From assembly GCA_964016885.1 (NCBI GenBank), contig OZ024740.1:361584001-361648000 (forward strand): DNA of 64,000 nt, given 5' to 3'. The number at the start of each line of letters is the position of its first letter. Position 1 is the stretch's first letter. The position numbers and the translations under genes were made by a program. Below are positions 58,646-64,000 of this stretch, piece by piece. The notes beneath the pieces were generated by a model. The model was not told the DNA's origin. It was given only the letters and a program-made list of their open reading frames with translations, and ran no database searches. The stretch comes from Eledone cirrhosa (lineage: Eukaryota).

Positions 58646-58963
58646 AATTTTTAGTCTTCACATTTATTATTATTACTATTATATATATACATACATACAT
58701 ATATATATATATAATATATATAAATTTTGAGTATATGTTGGTTGTTTACCGACACCCCAGTATGCAGATTGGAGCACTCGACGAAGTACGCAGATTGGTT
58801 ACTCCGGTATGTCCAGCTCCTGGCTGCGTTGTTATTTCTCTGAGGATATGATTCCAGATCCTCAGAAAAATAACAACGCAACCAGGGCTGGACATATCGG
58901 AGTATTGACGGAGTAAAACACACTTAAACAACATGTGTACCCGTCTCTAACACACCAATTCGG

Positions 58964-59018
58964 ACTACCTGAAGACGTCACAGCCAATGATGGCTGTCAC
59001 CGAAATATATATAGCAGT
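58964..59018 (+). ncRNA. Type I hammerhead ribozyme downstream of hairpin 58800-58904
   Basis: actac-CTGAAGA-cgtcacagcca atga tggctgtcacc-GAAA-tatata-TA-gcagt. Confidence 0.75.
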
Positions 59019-60508
59019 ATATCTATAGTTTATAATAAACGAAGCCAAATTTTACCTATTTGACTTAATTATTTTATTTTATATATATATATATATATAG
59101 GGATACCGTCCCGACACACGGCGTGTCTTGGACATTTTAAACCTGGCGGTGCCCATCCCTCACTGAACCCGGTCGATTTCTTACAGAGAAGGAAAGACAG
59201 CGAGAAAAAGTGATAAAGAAGGAGAGAGAAAGAATCGATTCCGGCATATAAGAATAGAAAGCAAAGTCGACCCCAGCGAAATTTGAACTCACAGCATAGA
59301 GAGACGGAACAACTACCAAGGCATTTAATTTGGCTCCTTAACATCTCTGCCAATTCGACGTCTTAACGACTCTGCCAATTCGCTGCCTTCATTTTATATT
59401 AGTGAGTACCTAATATCTGAAATAAGTGCTCCTTTTAAAGCTATAAGTTCTTTTTCTAGAAGCCGTAACTCCTAGTGGTCTCGTAGGGATGACGCAGTGA
59501 AATACGGCATTTTTTGGACATTTTAAAAAACCTAGTGGAGCCAAACTACTCTCCAGGAAAATATAAATGTAGGGATTAAAAATTGTTTAAATTACGCGTA
59601 TCTTTTCCTGCAGTATATATTCAGGTAAAGGACCCTTGTCCGTTGATGTGTGAAAATGGAGAGAGAGAGAGAGAGGGGGAGGGAGAGAGAGATGTTTGAG
59701 TAGATCACCATATTGGAACAACAACAACACCAATAAAATGAATTATTAGATTAAATACATATATATAGAGTTTTCTGCGAAGTTTTGTCATTTTTCGATA
59801 TTTTAACAATCAGTCTTCTAATAGTTAGGGATAGTTTTCTTTGGTGATATAGACGGCATCCATTTTCCACAGTTATATCAAAGTGAAATTTACCTTCCAA
59901 ATTTAGTTGCCCTTGGCGCAGGTATAGTTGTATGTTTAAGGAGTTCGCTTTGCCTCGGGTTGACCAATTCCTTGTAAGTGGAAATTTGTAGAGAGAAGCT
60001 GTAGGAACTCGTCGTATATATATATTTATATATAGAGAGAGAGTGAGAGAGAGAGAAATATGTAAGATCCCGACCGTGGAGCCAAGCGGTTTCAGCATGT
60101 GAGTACATCAAAATCAGTGGTCTCCCCGATCTTAGCACCGCAGACTCTCTCTCTCTCTCTCCCCCTCTCTTTCTCTCCCCCCTCCCTTTCTCCCTTCCTC
60201 TCTCTCGCTTTCTCCCCCCTCTCTCTCTCTATATAATATATATATACATATGTGTGTATGTTTATGTCTCTGTGTATGTCTGTATATTTACTGTTCGCCC
60301 CCCCCCCCCACACACAGGCACATACGCAAAAAAAACAGTTCGATAAAAAAAAGTACCAGACTTGAAATAAGTACTGGGGTCGATATGATTGACTAAAACC
60401 CTTCAAACCAGTGATCAAGTATGCCCACATTCTAATGACTGAAACCAGTAGAACAAGATCACCGTGAGGGTTTTGGTGTTGTTTTTGTATGTTGTAATTC
60501 TTGAAAAT

Positions 60509-60548
<40 letters not shown>

Positions 60549-61080
60549 CGTGCGTGCGTGCGTGTATGCGTGTATGTGCGTGTTTGTAAGTGTTTGCGTT
60601 CGTGTGTACATATATATATATATATTATTTTCGGATATTATTCTCAGATGTGAGAAAAACCACAGACCCACCATCTCTCTCTACTTTTGAAAAGCAGAAG
60701 AACTGCGAAACCGGTAGAGGAACCAAATAAATATATATATATTTTTTTAAATAAGACTCCAGTTGCATTTTCGATTTCATCTTTTTTTCTTTATATATAT
60801 AGAGAGAGAGAGAGCGCGAGCGAGCGAGAGAGAAACTGATAGATACATTATTGTTTCTACTTTTGGCACAAGGCCAGCAATTATCCCAGTGCATTACTGG
60901 TACTTTATTTTATCGACCCCGTAAGGATGAAAGGCAAAGTTAACCTCGGCGGGATTTGAACTCAGATCATAAAGGGAGGTAACTCTATGCTTCAAAGCAT
61001 GGCGCCCGACCCTCTACCGATACTGCCAATCCACCGCCCTGATAGATACATAATGCGCGCGCGACGTATGTGTGTGTGTC

Positions 61081-62119
61081 ACTCAAAAGGACCAGTCTTT
61101 TAACACATGTCACGCTGAATCTATCTGAGAATTACATGCTCAACTACATGCACGTTACTTTCACGAACAAGATGTTCCGTTGATCGAATCCCATAGGGCA
61201 ATCATCGTTGATACCGACAAAGGTCCAACCCTCAAATGTATTATACAAAATCTAAATGTATGTGATATCATATGTCCCTGTATAAGTGATAGTGGGCGGT
61301 ACATAGAGGAAGGATGAGAGAGTGAAACATACCACTGAACGTAATTTTCCACCCATTTCAAGCTGTCGTTTTAGCCTTATGTAAGAAATCAGCATTCCCT
61401 TTTAATTGCTAGTAAGTATGGGTAAGCACACTCCGTTGACAGAAACAGACGCTCATCTAGTTAGATGCGGATAGATATACTGTTCATGGTGACATACATA
61501 TACACGCACGCGCATGTGCACACACACACGTGCATACACATACACGTGCACACACACACACACACGTGCATACACATACACGTGCACACACACACACACA
61601 TCGATTTTGGGAATTTTCCAACGTCATATATGTCATTGGTAGTTATGCCAGCATTTGCATACATTTATTAGACTTTACGTTTTTGTATTAAGTTTCATTT
61701 GTTTAAAATTGTTTTACAGCTCGCACACACACACACACACACACACCCACACACACCAGCGCTCACACACACACGCTCACACGCACGCACATACTCACAC
61801 ACGTATATAAATTACTTTTGCTTATGTTTTGTAAAGACTCAGTATATACTTGTTCTAGTAATACGGCTGACGAATCCCGGTGATGCGTTTTGTCCTTGAG
61901 CAAGACACTTTATTTCACGTTGCTCCAGTTCGCTTGACTGGCAAAAAATGAGTTGTCTGTAACTCAAAAGGACCAGTCTTTTAACACATGTCACGCTGAA
62001 TCTATCTGAGAATTACATGCTCAACTACATGCACGTTACTTTCACGAACAAGATGTTCCGTTGATCGAATCCCATGGCAATCATCGTTGATACCGACAAA
62101 GGTCCAACCCTCAAATGTA
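61081..62119 (+). repeat. Direct duplication of about 160 bp (61081-61240 and 61962-62119) of a SINE tail
   Basis: Identical apart from a 2-nt indel. Confidence 0.9.
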
Positions 62120-62529
62120 CACTTATCAGGATTGGTGGACGTGTGATATAACATAAATCAATGCAGCATTGTGGGTGGTGAGGCTTGTGTTGTTTTATGA
62201 CCTTTCACCGCATGGTCTGGCATGAATGAATGTGGACTGTGTAGGGGAAAATGCAGGCTTTGTAATTTTCTTGCGCATTAATAGTAAACTATTCCGTTAG
62301 TGAAACAATTGGAATACTGGTATTCGTAATTAACGAAAGTTCAACAACACAGTAACCAAGATATATATGTTTTCTAGCATCATCCGTGTTTGGATAATAA
62401 TACTCACTAGTGAAATGTTTCTAATTACCCAGACATATCTTATACAATGCCTTCATTTATGAGATTGCAGTTTGAGTTGTCATAACCCCCCGTGCTCGGC
62501 GAACACACACACACACACACACACGCACG

Positions 62530-62609
<80 letters not shown>

Positions 62610-62669
62610 CGCACACACGCACACACGCACACACACACACACACACACCTACGTTTGTATGCATGTATG

Positions 62670-63420
62670 TTTTTCGTGAGAGGGGAAGACTTGAGGTGTG
62701 GACAACTTTGTACATCTCGGAAGTACACTTAGTAGAGATGGTTTCCTCGATGCTGAAATAGATGACAGGATTACGAAAGCGAGTCTTGCCTTCGGGAAGC
62801 TTGAGAAGCGAGTCTGGTCAGATCGGGGTATCATGAGAAACACAACGTTCTCTGTGTACAGGCCTGCGTTCCTACAGCCCTGCCATTTGGATGCGAAACG
62901 TGGACAATTTACAGGCATCACATCAGGTAGCTGGAAAGGGTTCATCAGCCTTGTATCCGACGCATCCTCAACATCAAGTGGTCTTCTTACACACCTGATG
63001 CTGCTGTACTTGAGAAAGCGGGCAGCACCAGTATTGAGAGGAGGATTATTTTGAACCAGATGCACTGGATAGGTCAAGTGATCAGGATGGAAGAGGGGAG
63101 GCTGCCTAAACAGTTATTTCATGGAGAGCAGACCAGAGGAAAAAGGCCACAGCATAAACCAAAGAAGCGGTTTATGAATGTCATAAAAGACAGTGAGTGT
63201 GGTTTAATTTTCAAGCCAGCTGGTGGACTGACAAGACATAGTAGAAAGCATGAAGGCACACTCCAGCCGGTATTGCTAGGAGACATACAGTTCAAGTGTC
63301 ACATCTGTGAACGCGCCTGCAAAACAAAAGTTGGTCTGAAAGGTCATATGCGTGCACATGATCGTGCAATGTATAATAAAAGGATGGCACTCTTCTTACA
63401 AGTAGCAATCAACGCATGTA
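62670..63420 (+). mobile_element. RTE (BovB-like) LINE 3' fragment with C-terminal C2H2 fingers
   Basis: DNFVHLGSTLSRDG..EIDDRITKASLAFGKL, HWIGQVIRMEEGRLPKQLFHGE, CHICERACKTKVGLKGHMRAH. Confidence 0.88.
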
Positions 63421-63439
63421 TGTATGTTTTCTCTTTCTC

Positions 63440-64000
63440 TTAATTTCGAGTATATTTTTTTGACCGGCCACCTTCCTGGTGGCAAGGTTGTAAAAGAAAA
63501 GAAATTGTCATCCCTTGAATCGCAAGAATGTTTTGCAAATTTTGAAGGTGCCAGCTATCGCAGCCATTTGTAGACTATGAATTAGGGAGCTGCGCTTTTT
63601 GTCCGCAAATCCAAGGTCAGTCATACTTGGGTCCAAGCGGGTTGGTATATAACCCGTAGCACCAATAATGATGAGTATGAAGCTAAAGGTGTATCTTGGA
63701 TACTGGATTTGTAAACTCCTCATCAATGGTCCGTAGATGTCCTCCTTCTCCTGTATTTTTCTGACAACTTTTACATCAAGTGGGCAGCTGATCTCCACAA
63801 CAGAACACGTTTTCAATGTGTGGTCCCAAACAACAATATCAGGCCGGTTGTGCTTTAATTTGGTGGCAGTTTTTATTTTCAGGTTCCACCAGTATTCCTT
63901 AGTGCCATCTGTCTCAATATATTCTTCCTCGTTTGTTGTTAATTTTGTTTTCCGAAGTGCGTTCCAGATGGTTCTAGCTATCCCATCGTGTCTCATGGGG
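63440..64000 (-). mobile_element. R4/Dong-clade LINE 3' end (restriction-like endonuclease)
   Basis: RHDGIA...KHNRPDIVVWD....CSVVEISCP....K..EK...Y..L, a PD-(D/E)xK RLE signature. Continues beyond the window. Confidence 0.88.

Overview
AT-rich, microsatellite-saturated eukaryotic DNA with no host protein-coding gene that I can support. The SINE and LINE repertoire suggests an octopus or other cephalopod genome (inference). The window is almost entirely retroelements. (1) Tx1-clade LINEs, including a head-to-tail cluster at 16.7-28.8 kb with (TATC)n at both outer ends and between copies A2 and B. (2) RTE LINEs and a non-autonomous RTE-derived family with a covarying structured 5' end. (3) R4/Dong RLE fragments. 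(4) About 20 tRNA-derived SINEs, a Helitron-like element and a 61-bp minisatellite. (5) Many Penelope-like (GIY-YIG) remnants. The strongest signal is about 20 complete or partial type-I hammerhead ribozyme motifs from several unrelated families, three with a compensatory U3-A8 core. Many sit in fold-back inverted repeats inside (TA)n tracts. The largest fold-back is a 3.3-kb head-to-head Penelope palindrome with two open 403-codon arms. Coordinates were read by eye, and repeat boundaries are approximate.
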